DNA of 64,000 nt from the human T2T-CHM13v2.0 reference genome, Homo sapiens, in the NCBI RefSeq assembly GCF_009914755.1, contig NC_060925.1. One strand, given 5' to 3'. Shown here piece after piece: positions 1 to 16,690 of this stretch (position 1 is its first letter; the number at the start of each line of letters is the position of its first letter). The position numbers and the translations under genes were made by a program. The notes under the pieces were generated by a model. It saw only the letters and a list, made by a program, of their open reading frames with translations. It ran no database searches and was not told the DNA's origin.

Positions 1-2854
1 TATGACAACAAAGGCATATTCTTTCTGCAATCTTAGATTGTTAGTAACCAGAATCTCCTTACAAAATATATACACATATATTTTTAAGTTACAAAATAGA
101 CTGGGCCTGTCTGGGTTAAGCCAATAATTTGGTGGGCTCAAATGACACAACTCAAGCAAGTGCAGCTGTGGCTTTGCCAGCATTTTATTTACTCAGTCTC
201 TTTGGACTTACCTGATGCAATGACTCTGTCAAGGCTGCTCCAGTGAAGGAAGACATCTCATAAAGCTTCATCTCAAACCAGTTTACCAATTATGTAAACA
301 GTTTTTGAGGGTTGTCTATGTGCCAGGCAATTATGCTGGGTACTTATGGATAGAATTAAGCATGGTATTAAAAGAGCGCCTCTCAGCTTTTAGCTGTGTG
401 TCACAACTACCTGTGAAGTTTTTTGAGAATACTAAAGTATAGGCCTTACCACACACCCACTGAACTAGAACCTTCAGGAGCAGCATCCAGGCAACTGAAT
501 TTATAAAAATCTCTCCAGGTGACCTTAATGCAGAACCAAAATTAAAAACCACTGTGTTAAATCCTACAAAGAGCCTTCCCCTTCTGAGAAGTTTCAGTCT
601 ATGGGAGATATACTGATGTAAATCCATCCACAATAGGACATGTAGTAAGAACACATTTTAAAGAAAACACATCAGTGATAGATAACATCAAATATGACAT
701 AGAAACAAATGTATAGACAGAAGAATAAATAAAATTGACAGAGGTTAGGGAAAGCAAGGAGACATTTCTGGGCAGATTCTATTGTATCTGGTTGGCAGGA
801 GAAATAACAGATTCTGCTATTCATTTTTCGTAATACTAAATTAAAGGCTCAGCAAAAGTTTCCAGTATAAAAAGCAATGCTTTACTTTTTCAAAATTCTG
901 ATATATTTGAAACTATATACAAATTTACAAAGAAATTATCTAGAATATATATACTTTTTATTAAAAATATACAACTTTTAAAATTTAGGTTAGAGCTACA
1001 GATGACTAAGTCCTACATAAGACTTGTGTATGTTGTCCAGGAAAAATAAAAGACTAGACTAATATGCTGTGAACATACATATGAACATGTATCACATCCA
1101 TGTTTAAATGAATTCCAGGCAGTCATATATTAAATGAAAAGAAATCAAAGGTTTGCAGTCTGGCTAATGAGAGGTTCTCTGAAGGGCATTCTGTGGAATG
1201 CATTTCTCTTGGCAAGTTGCTATGGTGGACTCAATTCAATTCTAAGCAGATTTCTTTAATCCTTGTTTCTAAGTGGGTCAGCACCATCTGATTTTAAGTA
1301 TTATTGCAAGAGACATAGGCACGATGATTACTACAACCACCCTTCCCTGGAAAGTTGCTTTTCCTTTGATAATGCTTGGAAGACCCAATTCACACAAGTT
1401 GAAAAGTCTCAGGTAGGACCAGCACTGTCACAGGAGAGGGGACAAACCGAGTACAGCTGGTGGCTTTCAGATGATAAACATGCCAAAAATTCCATCGAGT
1501 TTTTTTTTTTTAATATGCTGCTTAGGAAAAATGCTTAAGTAGCTTACTATATTCTTTATATTGGTTCAGGAAGATTCCGTTGGATAATCTGAGGACATGG
1601 TCTTGAAGAGAATATTCAGAGTTGGGAGGATAAACATATCATTTGAAAATCAGAAAATCTAAACCAGTTAATTGTGTGGTTAGTCCTCACCAGAGACAAT
1701 TATCAAGAGGAGGGCCGGGGAGACTGTTTCAAGATGGCTGCTTGGTGCTACTCGTCAACTTGGGACCCTATGTGTACACCAGCATTTTCCTGAGTTCTCT
1801 AATTGTTTGTAGTTTGTCAGTGATTCTCTTTGGGTTTTTATGTTTATTCATTTCCAAGTTTTTTTGCCTCTACATTCTTTCACTTGTTTAATGGTATTGG
1901 CTGATATTTCCAATACAGTGTTAAATAGTAAATTGTAGGAGCAGCGGGCATTCTTGTTACGTTTCTCTCTATCAGGATGCTGCCAGTGTTGTTTGCCCAT
2001 TAAGGATGCTGCAAACTTTTTAGGCTGTGATGCATTCCATCCTCAGATAAAATTACATTTATAGATTTTATGTTTTGGGACCATCCATGCATTCCTGAAA
2101 AAAATTGCAGAGTTTACAAATGTAAGTGGCATGAGACCAACTGGGCCTAAGAAAGCCGAAGTACCAATTTCTCAAGTAAATAAACTAAAAAACGGAGGCT
2201 CTTATTTCATTTGCTTTTGGGATTTCTCGACTGAAAATTCACCACAGCAAACATACCTTATGCATCCCTGTATCCATAAATATTCATTGCCCAAATGTGC
2301 CCCGTTTGAAATATTTTCCAATGCCCTTAGGTCTTTTTAATTGGGTCTTCAAGTCATAAAGCCAGATTACCTGGAAGAGATCTCCAAGCCCTCAGACACT
2401 GTCTCTCACAGACGCCCTAAGCACCCCCATCAGGAAGACTTCTGGCAGTCGGCGGGCCCCTAGAGCTCTATGCGATTGCCCTTTTCCATCAGCTCCATCT
2501 CTCTCTGCCCGTTTGCAGTGAATCACCTTCCCAATTAGTGATTTCCACAGTAGGACAGCAGCATCTATTCTTGTTTACTGGGCTTCAGACACTGAGAAGT
2601 GTCTATAGGCTGAGGTTTATACAGAGGACAAGATGCCAGAGAAACCTCAAAGGCAGGATTTGTGACTCACCTGGGTATGCAGGTTGGGGGTATTGGGGAA
2701 TAGGAAAGGGCGACTCGGCAAGAAGGAAGGAATGGCAGCAAGGAGTGAGGCTCCCACTGAGCTCTGCCAGTAAGGGGAGGCAGAGACATCAGTTTACCAG
2801 GTAATTCCATAATATTCTCTGGCTCGATGGTCTTATGTTAAAAGACATGTGAAG

Positions 2855-2998
2855 GTTTTTTTTTTTAAATTGTAAATCAACAATATCTATAAATTATAAT
2901 GTATAATTGAATATGTTTATGAGTGCAACGTGATGCTATAATTTATGAATACCATGTGGAATAATTAAAGAAAACTAATTAACATATCCATCACCTCA
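2855..2998 (-). mobile_element. L1M 3'-end fragment
   Basis: Poly-T followed by L1MA-like 3'UTR; TSD catgtgaaggt on both sides. Confidence 0.7.
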
Positions 2999-3799
2999 TG
3001 TGAAGGTATTTTAAAGTACATAAATACTAGCACCTATTATTTAATAGTAAGATAGTGATTAAGAGCCCTGACTTTGTAATTGGACAATTCTGTGTGTGAG
3101 TTCTGGCTCTGTCAATTACCAGTTGTGTGATCTTGGACAAGGGTCTTAATTAAGCCTTAGTTTTCTCTTTTGTAAAGCAGGGATAATACACCAACCTGTT
3201 TCTTAAGCTTGTTGTGCAGACAAAATGAGACAATGTAGGTAGAATGCACAGCACCACAGAAGCTTAGTAAATGTTAGTCACCATGATTTTCTCTTTAGCG
3301 TTCTACAAGCTAATAGGATTCTTTTTATATTTCACATTGTGAGGACTAAAAACAAGACCTCAGGGCAAAGAGGGCAGCTATTCATATCCCTCTAGTTCTT
3401 AATGCCATTTAGAACTCTAATACAACTTCCCATAACATGTATTTCATCTCACAGCCAAGGGAAATATGGCTCAGAATGTTGAGAACCAAGCATATGGCTC
3501 ACAGACTCGAATAAAGTCTAAGAGGCCACGATTTCATAGGAGCCATGAGTCCCTGAAGTAGGTTGCAAACCTTATATATATGAATAGAATAATAGCTATG
3601 ACATGGTCATACAAAGCAACATTTAGTACAAATGAATATAAAATGCATATGCATGTACTAATGTGGACAGTTAGGCTATTTTGGTCCATCTTACATTATG
3701 TTTTAGACGTATTAGTGAAAACCAAGAAGTGGGAATTCCTGTACATAAAATAGCAAGTGAAATATTTATCTCACAGTACGACTCATTCATCAAATCCAA

Positions 3800-4058
3800 G
3801 GATCAGCAAACTTTTTCTTTAAAGAGACAGAGGGTAAAGATGTCCCAACTCCTCAACTGTAATGTTGTAGCAGGAAAGCAATCAATCATAGACAATGTGT
3901 AGATGAATGAGCATGGTTGTGTTCTTAGTCAAAAATCATCCTAGGTAAAAATCATCCTATCAGTGATTCTTTTCAAGTTTTTAGTTTTATTTACAACTTT
4001 ACAAAAACAGGTGGCAGGCCTGATTTGGCCCATGGGCCATAGTTTGCTGACCCCTGCT
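3800..4058. mobile_element. MER58-like hAT MITE, interrupted
   Basis: ggatcagcaaactttttc...gggccatagtttgctgacccctg termini. Confidence 0.65.
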
Positions 4059-5158
4059 CTAAACCATATATCATACTCCAAATAACATGACTTACTGAAT
4101 TATTCAGAAACAAGCTAAAGTAAATCTGGCTTCTGTACTAGTTAACAATTTGTGCACTATCCACAAATGAAGATACTTAGTTATATATTTATATACTTAT
4201 GTGTGTTATATGTAATTGATATGTTATAAATATTTGATAATTTTTAAATGTTTTATATAACTGAAAAAGCTTAAAACTATTGTATTTATTTTTATGTCCA
4301 TATTTTCAGTTGTTAGTTTTATATGGTGTTCTTTTTATAAAAAAATAAATACAGTTAAGCTGGTCTTTACATTGTGAGGTCCTAGGAAGTCATACTATTT
4401 GTAATATGGTTTAATAGTTTTAAAACAACAATAGTTCATCTCTCTTCCAATGTTTCTGTTTTGTTGAATGTACACTATAATTTTTTAATCTTCAATTCAG
4501 TTCTGAATTTATTTCACCGTTACATAAAATACTCAAGTTGTTAGCACTGAATTTGACTGGAAATTTATAATTTACATATGTCAAAGCCCAAGTCCTGAAA
4601 GACAAACTACCAACATATTCTGAGATTTTAACTAAACCACACGATTCAGAAAGAGCCTTAAATACATATTCTTTGTGCAATCCAGTTGATGATCACTAGT
4701 AAAAACTGGTAAAAATGAAAATTCTGGTATAAAAATATATAAATATAGATGGTAGGTTTTGGGTACTACAGAAAATATTGGAAAATGAAGCTGTTAATTG
4801 TCATTTGGAAAATAAAAGCTTATGTTTAACAGAAGACAACTGTTAAAAAAAAACACACAAAACCTGTCAGCTCTTTTACCACTCTATAATTTACATTGGA
4901 GAGATTTTTTTTTTTAACCATGATAGTCAGAAACACTGTTTTTCTACTTAAGCACTTGGTTCCACTATAGGAAGTGAAGCTGTTTCTTGCTGATTCCATC
5001 AAGCAGCTTGACAACTGTACTTTACTGAAGATAGATTCAAATAGATCATTTTATGGGAGCAGAAAATCAATAGAACTTAAAAAATTTTTAATTAGCATTT
5101 AGTATTTATAAATTCCAAAACACAAAATGTAATGATGTGCATATGGCTCAGAAGGAGC

Positions 5159-5927
5159 TGTCGACAAAAAGAGTCAAACTCTGCAAAATATTCAAAGAGA
5201 TTTATTTTGAGCCAAATATGAGTGACCATGGCCCATGACACAGCCCTCAGGAGGTCCTTAGAACATGTGCCCAAGGTAGTTGGGGATGCAGCTTGGTTTT
5301 ATACATTTTAGGGAGGTATGAGACATCAATCAAATACATTTAAGAAATACATTCGTTTGGTCTAGAAGGATGGGACAACTCAAAGCAGGGGCTTCCAGGC
5401 TACAGGTGAATTTAAATATTTTCTGATTGACAATTGGTTGAGTTTGTCTAAAGACCTGGGATTGATAGAAGGGAAAGGTTCAGGTTAAGATAAAAGATTG
5501 TGGAGACCAAGGTTCTTTTGAAGTCTTATAGTGGCTGCCCTTAGAGATAATAGTTGAAATGTTTCCTATTCAGATCTTTAAGAAGTGCTAGACTTTTAGT
5601 TAATCTCCTTAGGTTTGGGAGGGCCTGGAAGAAAAAGATCTAGTTATGTTAATAGAGATTCTTTACAGAGGCAAATTTTCCCCCACAAAAGACAGCTTTG
5701 CAGGGCCATTTCAAGATATGGCAAATAAACATGTTTTGGGGTAAAATATTTTGATTTTCTTCCTTGTCTGATAATGTTATGCCAGAGTCAGGTTGGCAAG
5801 TAAGTCATGATATATAGGGTTAAATAAAACCCATCTGATGAGAATTTATGGTTTGTAGTGCATGACTCCCCAGACCCCTTAGATAGGAATTTGGACAAGA
5901 TTAAAAAAAATCAGAGCTTAGTCCTCA
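5159..5927 (-). mobile_element. Solo ERV1 LTR (MER4D/E-like) inserted in the duplicated 3'UTR
   Basis: TG...CA termini (minus strand starts TGAGGACTAAGCTCTGAT); 4-bp TSD gagc/gagt; AATAAA on the minus strand at 5201-5206. Confidence 0.8.
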
Positions 5928-6453
5928 GAGTTCAAGAGGCTTATAAAATGCCATTGCATGTTTGGGCTACAATGATCTCAGTACTCTGAAAGCAGTACAA
6001 GAATTTGGAGCTGAGCAAGATCTAGATTTTTACTGAATTTTTTTTGAGACATCTTGATCCAAGGCTAAAAACCTGGTGTCTTCTGAAAAAAGAATGAAAT
6101 GTCAATTAATTTTTTACAAACTTGAAGGGAATTTAATTAATAGCCAGTGTGACTGAGTTCATAGATGCATAATCTTGTAAATCAATAAAGAGCTCACTAA
6201 AATATGCTGAGTGAGAGATAGAAGCAAAGTGCTTAGAACAGTACCGGACCTAATGAGCTCTCAATACAGGTAGCTATGTTATTAAGATTAGCATTTCTTG
6301 TAGTGTACACCATGTCATGGGATAACAGAAAAATCACAGGCTTAAAAGTCAGACTGGCCTAGGTTCACATCCTGACCAATCCAAATTACTTAACCTTCCT
6401 TGGATAGTTTCACCATGGGCAAAATGGAAATATTCTGGATTCTTTGGAATAAC

Positions 6454-6714
6454 ACTTGCAAAACTTGTCTTAATTTTCATTTCCCCTATTTCTGCCATTA
6501 CTCTCATTAGGAGGTCTTGTAAGAAGTCATCTACATACAGGCACACTTACAGGTTTAGTCTTTACGTTTGCCTTTTGAGTATAGAACTCGAATTGGGCCA
6601 GCTTCCCAAATGGGTTTCAGAGAAGTAGATTAGTAATTTTTCCCAGACATTTTTTCATTTGGGGGAGGAATGATGTTTTGAGCTCTTGGTCTTCGAATAG
6701 GAATATAACGTCAC
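6454..6714 (-). pseudogene. Pseudo-exon 23 (5' part) with stops and a frameshift
   Basis: Translates KTKPVSVPVCR*LLTRPPNESNGRNRGNEN*DKFCK versus the gene's KIRPVSLPVDRLLLASPPNERNGRNMGNVNLDKFCK; tttcag acceptor kept at 6715-6720. Confidence 0.88.
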
Positions 6715-6817
6715 CTGAAAAAAAAAAAACAAAAAACAAAAAAACAAAAGAAATAAAGAAAGGGTTGTCACTTTATGTACCAAAACCAAATTTGTGTGAC
6801 ACTTAAAAAGAAAGCCT

Positions 6818-7106
<289 letters not shown>

Positions 7107-7160
7107 GAAAGCCTGACTGATTGGACAGATGAAATCATTTTCAAATGATAGGTTATATAA

Positions 7161-7469
7161 TTTTTTTTCTTTTTTTTTTGAGATGGAGTCTCGCTCTGTC
7201 GCCCAGGCTGGAGTGCAGTGTCGTGATCTTGGCTCACTGCAAGCTCCGCCTCCCAGGTTCACGCCATTCTCCTGCCTCAGCCTCCTGAGTAGTTGGGACT
7301 ACAGACGCCCACCATCACGCCCGGCTAATTTTTTTTTTTTTTTGTATTTTTAGTAAAGACGGGGTTTCACTGTGTTAGCCAGGATGGTCTCGATCTCCTG
7401 ACCTCATGATCCGCCTGCCTTGGCCCCCCAAAGTGCTGGGATTACAGGTGTGAGCCACCACGCCTGGCC
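7161..7469 (-). mobile_element. AluY element
   Basis: Reverse Alu consensus; TSD aggttatataatttttt. Confidence 0.95.
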
Positions 7470-7617
7470 AGGTTATATAATTTTTTAAACAAATTATTCT
7501 CAGTCTAAAAGATACATGGGCATTAGTGAACACTTCTTTCTGCTTAGCAGAAAAAACCTGTTGACTTTTTGACAGAGGTACAGATCTCTGAAGTTACATT
7601 AAAACTACACTTTGAGG

Positions 7618-7720
7618 ACCTTTTGTAGTTCATAAGTGTGATGATTCGGGTTTCACGCTCATATGTAAAATGTGCCTCCCTCAAACCTTGTTACAACATC
7701 AGCACATTGCCCATGTGACA
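7618..7720 (+). pseudogene. U13 (SNORD13) snoRNA retrocopy
   Basis: Matches the recalled U13 sequence (CCTTTTGTAGTTCAT..GTGATGATT..AACCTTGTTAC..GCACATT..TGAC); short A-rich tail; target-site duplication aaaactacactttg/aagagtacactttg. Confidence 0.85.
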
Positions 7721-7743
7721 TGAGGAAAAAAGAGTACACTTTG

Positions 7744-7832
7744 TGTATATACATATGTGTGTGTGTGTGTGTGTATAAAAGAGTACACTTTGCGTGTATA
7801 TGTGTATATATATATATATATGGTTGTGTGTA
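7744..7832. repeat. (TG)n/(TA)n microsatellite with a duplicated TSD motif
   Basis: tgtgtgtg and tatatata runs; aaaagagtacactttg occurs twice. Confidence 0.85.
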
Positions 7833-8228
7833 TTTAAATTAGCATAATAACTTCAAACACAGTTAGTGTTTTAAAACTTGCAAAATCTGTTTATGAAAAC
7901 TTTAGCATTTCCATAAGATAAATTCAAAGAAGTGAAGTAGCTGAGTCAAAGGACTGTCAAGATTTCAGTAGGCAAACACTGGAAAATTAACCTGAGAAAA
8001 GTGACACTAATTTACACACCAACCAAATGTAAGTGTGCCTTGAATCCCAAGGATTTTGCCAACTCAATTTGCTTTTGAGTTACACTCAACCCAGTGAGAG
8101 CATATCATATTAGATGCCTTAGATGCTCTCCGTATCTGATCAACTAATAAAGCATAATGTCCATTCTGTCAAACGAAGGCTGAATGCTTTTAAGTTTAAA
8201 ATGCCATTTTTTCCCCATCTGCTCCCAG

Positions 8229-8550
<322 letters not shown>

Positions 8551-9899
8551 TAGTCTGAACCCATGGTCCATGTTTTCTCACTCAGAACCCTTGGTTCCTC
8601 AAACTCTATGATTTTTTGCTGTGTCTATCCTAAAAAATTCCATTCCAGGAATGTTCCAGTCCTCCACTCTCCTGCCTTCCTGTTCCCTGCTGAAAAACAC
8701 CCAACAATTCCGTGCCTTGCCACTGTCCTGACTTTGAGCTGCAGCCGGCCCTGAGCACCAGGGCCCACCAGAGTCACTTTTCGGTCGTTGTCTCGCCTGA
8801 CCTTCTTCCACACCTGGGACTGCTGGCCTCTCTTCCCTGGGTTCCAAGGCTATTTTGATTTGCTTTCCCAGGTCCTCCATACATTTGTAGACCATTCTAA
8901 GTGGCCCAGTTCCTTGCAGTTGGACTCTAAACACCAACGTATATTCTTAAATTTCTGAGGGAAAAACTTAGAGCATAATGGAGAAGAGCACAGACTCTGA
9001 AGCCTAGTTGCCCAGGTCCTGGCTCAGCCCTGCCTGCCACTTCTGCACTGGGCTAGGCAATCCCACTGCCCCATGTGTCTTCATCTGTGAAAAGAGACTC
9101 CTATGTGTATCTGTGTGATCTAAATGACCTACTGAGAAAAATGCTTAGATAATAAACACTAGAAAATGGCATTTATTATTATGATTCCTAATCAGGAGCC
9201 CTAGATCATGGGACAGCGAAATAAGATATAGAAATCAGACTGGGTTCAATCCTGATTGAACAATTGGGCATGATTTGGGCATATTATTTGGGCAACTAAG
9301 CTCAGCTTGTTGGACTATGTGTTGAATGGGGCTAATACTATTTTAGATACCAGAGTTATTATACAAAGTAAATAAGAAAAACAGAATGAAGCAGCTTGCA
9401 CAATGTCCAGCATAGAGCAAGTAGGAAGTGATTGATTTTTAGTTGCCATTATTTTTAGACCTTGTGATTATTGGTACTAGATTGTAGATCAAAGATAACA
9501 TACAGGGCTCTGTTTTGAAATGTACATTGGAATTTAGCTCTGCTGGTATGTAGAACTGCAGTGGCAGTGCAGCCTTTTTCACCAGCACCTAAGAATTCCT
9601 ACAACTAGAAAAATTACCATACAGAAAAAAACAGTGAATAAAATGGCTACAGTTAATAAAGTAAAAAACACACATACACATATGTGCACATCATGAGCTG
9701 AAGGCAGGCCACTGTCAAGGCTCCCGAATTTCAGAAGTCTAGTTCAGCCCCTTTTGAGCACTTAGACCAATATACTTAACTGTTGAGCCAGAAGTTCAAA
9801 AGAATTTTAACTTTATGCAACACATCCTTTGCTTGGCTTTGCTTCATGGCAGAATTTATAGTCTCTTCTTTTAGGACTATGCTAATATACATCAGATAA

Positions 9900-10385
<486 letters not shown>

Positions 10386-10544
10386 TGAGATGCTCTGACT
10401 CAAGTGGTTCAGTGAGAAAGTCATCTTCTGGTTTAAGGACATCCCCTTCTGTTCACAAACTGCTAAGATTTTTTTCTTTTTAAATGACGAATGGGCATTA
10501 AACTTTATCAAATACTTTTTGTTGTTGCTCCCCAGCTATAGGAC

Positions 10545-10846
10545 CAGCTTCTGGATGTGACCCCTTCTTTCAATCAGCGCTGCCCAACAGAACTTCCTGC
10601 CATGATGGAAATGTTCTATGGCTGCACTGTCAAATATGGAAGCCACCAGCCACATGTGGCTATGGAGCACTTGGAATATCACTAGTGCAACTGAGGAACT
10701 AAACTTTAAATTGTATATAATGTTAACTCATTTAACATAAATAGTCACCTGTGGCTTCTGGCAGCTGTATCGGACAGCTCAGATCTAGATCAGCAGCAGA
10801 AGACATATTGTAGATGAAGTACACGGTAATTTTGTATTAAAGTCTC
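10545..10846 (-). pseudogene. Pseudo-exon 16 interrupted by MER3
   Basis: ttttag|GA GAC TTT AAT ACA AAA TTA CCG reads GDFNTKLP...MSSAADLD versus the gene's GDFHRKLP...MSSADDLD; GT kept at 10543-10544. Confidence 0.85.
10575..10782. mobile_element. MER3 (hAT-Charlie MITE)
   Basis: Terminal inverted repeats cagcgctgcccaa/cggacagctcag; internal palindromic gccacatgtggc; flanked by atctagat, a typical hAT target. Confidence 0.8.
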
Positions 10847-11515
10847 CTAAAAGAAAAACATGGATACAGCTCTTCTGATTATTCATTGTATTATTTTGGA
10901 AATGGGGAATGACAACATTTTCAGAATAATAAAAGTCATACTATTTTAGCTTTAATTTAAAATTGGCTTCTATTCTTGGACTTTTTATACAGGGAAATTC
11001 TGCTATTCATTCTCGGAAAAAAATGGTATGTAACCAAATCTGACTTTTCCAAATAAATCTGATAATTAACTCTCTGAGAGGACTCACTAACTGCCAGCTT
11101 CTGATAGTATTATGTTCTATGCTCTACAAGGACAGGGAGTGTTTTTTAATTGCTATTTTGTGTCTATTAGCTGGTATAGTGATGGCACATAGTAAGTTGT
11201 CATTAAATGTTTGTTGAATTAAGTTATAAATAAATGTATACAGTGCAACCCCTAACTTTATGTAAGACACAAAAATCTTTGAATATAACAACCCAATAGT
11301 AATATCACATTTATGTTTCTAGTAAGACAGGAGACTGGAAGCCAAGAACAACAGCCCAATGATCCTGGCAGGGAGTTGAGGTCACAGGATGTAAGCTATT
11401 TCAGCAAAGGACCCTTGTGTGTCAAAGCATTTTTGGATGCAGCCCAGCTGGGAATTAGGTTTATTTACTTCCTTTCCCCAAAAAGATTTTTCTTCACAAT
11501 ATGCTTAAAGGTGGT

Positions 11516-11923
11516 TTCTATGGTCTGAATGTGTCTCTCCAAAATGCATACATTGAAAGTTAATCCCCAATACGATAGTATTAAGAGGTGGGGCCTTTAG
11601 AAGTTGATTAGGCCATGAGGGCATCATCATCCCCACCAATGAGATTAATGCCCTTATAGAAGAGGCTTCACACAGCAATCAGCACCTTTTGTCCTTCTGC
11701 CTTTGACCATGTGAGGACATAGCATTCACCCTTCTGCCATGTGAGGACACAACAGCAAGGTGCCGTCTTGGAAGCAGACAACAAGCCCTTGCCAAACACC
11801 CAATCTGCTGGTGCCTTGATCTTGGACTTCTCAGCCTCCAGAACTGTGATATGCAAATTTCTGTTGTCTGTAAGTTATCCAGGCTGTGGTATTTTGTTAT
11901 AGCAGCAAGAGCAGACTAAGACA
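11516..11923 (+). mobile_element. Solo ERVL-MaLR LTR (MST/MLT1A family)
   Basis: ctatggtctgaatg...gactaagaca; 5-bp TSD gtggt; absent from the paralogous site near 43592. Confidence 0.85.
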
Positions 11924-13139
11924 GTGGTCACGTAGTTTTTGCTTTGAGTGTGTCCCTAATGACTGATAGATCACAAGGTCATGTGTTCCATTTTGAACTG
12001 TTCTAATTGTAAAATGAGTTCTTTTTATAAAGCAGAAATGTGCATCTCAATCTTAGCTTTTGATCGTATTTTTTCCTAAAGGAGCAAATAAATAGTCTAA
12101 GTTTAGTCCCTATTTGCTTGCAGTATTTGAGGACAGCTGTCATGTCCCCAATTTTCCTCTTTTCCAGGAGAGGCACCTCCAGTCTTCACCTATTCATCAT
12201 GTGATTTGGTTTACAGATTCTGGCCCTTCCCTACCTTGTCCAACTCCAGCCTCACCTTTCCCAATTCTATATTCACAATAAGTCACTAAAATTTTGTTAA
12301 TTATAGTTCCTCAACATTTCTTGAACAAGTTCTCAGTGCTCCATCATCACTGCCAACTGGTATATGTCTACATTCTTCTTAAATTACACATTTAATTATT
12401 ACACGTTCTACTTCAAATGTAATCTGACCAATGACAACTTCAATGTAATTCCAAGGGAGCCTGGTAACATTAGGGAAGCTCTGAACAGTGCTGGACACAT
12501 TATTTTATGAGGAGCCTTATCTGATAAAAGCTTAGCCCAAATAAGTTTATGAGCTTTAAAAAAAAAAAAATCCCTCTTCAGCATCAAATGTAACTTAAAA
12601 AAGAGGCAAGTGGTGAGGAAAGAAAAGCCCTATTCAAAGGATAACCAAAAGAATGTGTAACTTACACAACCCACTCAACTCCCTCATGCTAGAAAATTGT
12701 CTTTATCACATGAAGTCTTACAGGATCCCAAAATAATGTAGGGCTTTCTCTAGATTAGGCATTAATTTCTGGAGCTAGCTAGAACCATTTTGTTGTTACA
12801 AAGCTAATTACAAATATTCAGTTAAATATTTAGTCTCACATCTCCAGGGTGTCCCTTGAATGGTGCTAGTTTGAAGGAGGCAACAAAGTCCGACAATCAC
12901 AGTGCTGGGTGGAAAATTTTTCTAACTTTAAATTCAAGGCATTTATTTAAATGAATAAATTTCCATAATATGTAGCATGCATAGTATTTTTTTTTAAACA
13001 CCTGAATTTTGAGGTGAGTTAAATCTGACAGTGTATTCTCCAAGAGATCTTTGGGACCCTTTGAGGAAGGATCCTATGAGGAAGGGATGTAGCCAGGTAG
13101 AATAGGACTGGAATAGTCTGTGGTATAAAGTGAAAAAGA

Positions 13140-13419
13140 GGCTGGGCGCGGTGGCTCACGCCTGTAATCCCAGCACTTTGGGAGGCCGAGGCGGGTGGAT
13201 CACCTGAGGTCAGGAATTTCAGACCAGCCTGGCCAACATGGTGAAACCCTGTCTCTACTAAAAATACAAAAATCAGCTGAACATGGTGGCGCATGCCTGT
13301 AACCCTACTCGGGAGGCTGAGGCATGAGAATCGCTTGAACCCAGGAGGCGGAGGTTGCAGTGAGCTGAGATCACACCACTGTACTCCAGCCTGGGTGACA
13401 GAGTGAGGCTTTGTCTCAA

Positions 13420-13462
<43 letters not shown>

Positions 13463-13473
13463 GTAATAATAAT
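13140..13473 (+). mobile_element. AluSx-like element with an (AAT)n tail
   Basis: Alu consensus; TSD aagtgaaaaaga/aagtgaagaaga. Confidence 0.93.
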
Positions 13474-13689
13474 AAGTGAAGAAGAAAGAATGTCAAAGTA
13501 AAAAGTAACTTACAACAAAGAGATATAGTTCAGGTGCTACCTTCTCCTACTTGCTGTATGGCAAGTCTTTGAAGCCATTAAAAGAGAGTTCAAAACACCT
13601 ACCCTGCCTTTCTGAGGATCATGAGACAGACTATATCAAAGTGCCCCAAAGCACATTTGTAAAATACTTAACAAGAATAAATAAGACTG

Positions 13690-16690
<3,001 letters not shown>

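Noticed and set aside
750-2800. Faint similarity to 27240-28000, extending the duplicate leftwards
   Set aside because: Only short AT-rich matches by eye; cannot be told apart from chance without an alignment
8563-8754. Similar plus-strand ORFs 8563..8754 and 31513..31845, and 11313..11528 and 43284..43487, which look like a small paralogous protein family
   Set aside because: Explained by the DNA-level duplication of ARHGAP29 introns; starts, stops and lengths are not conserved
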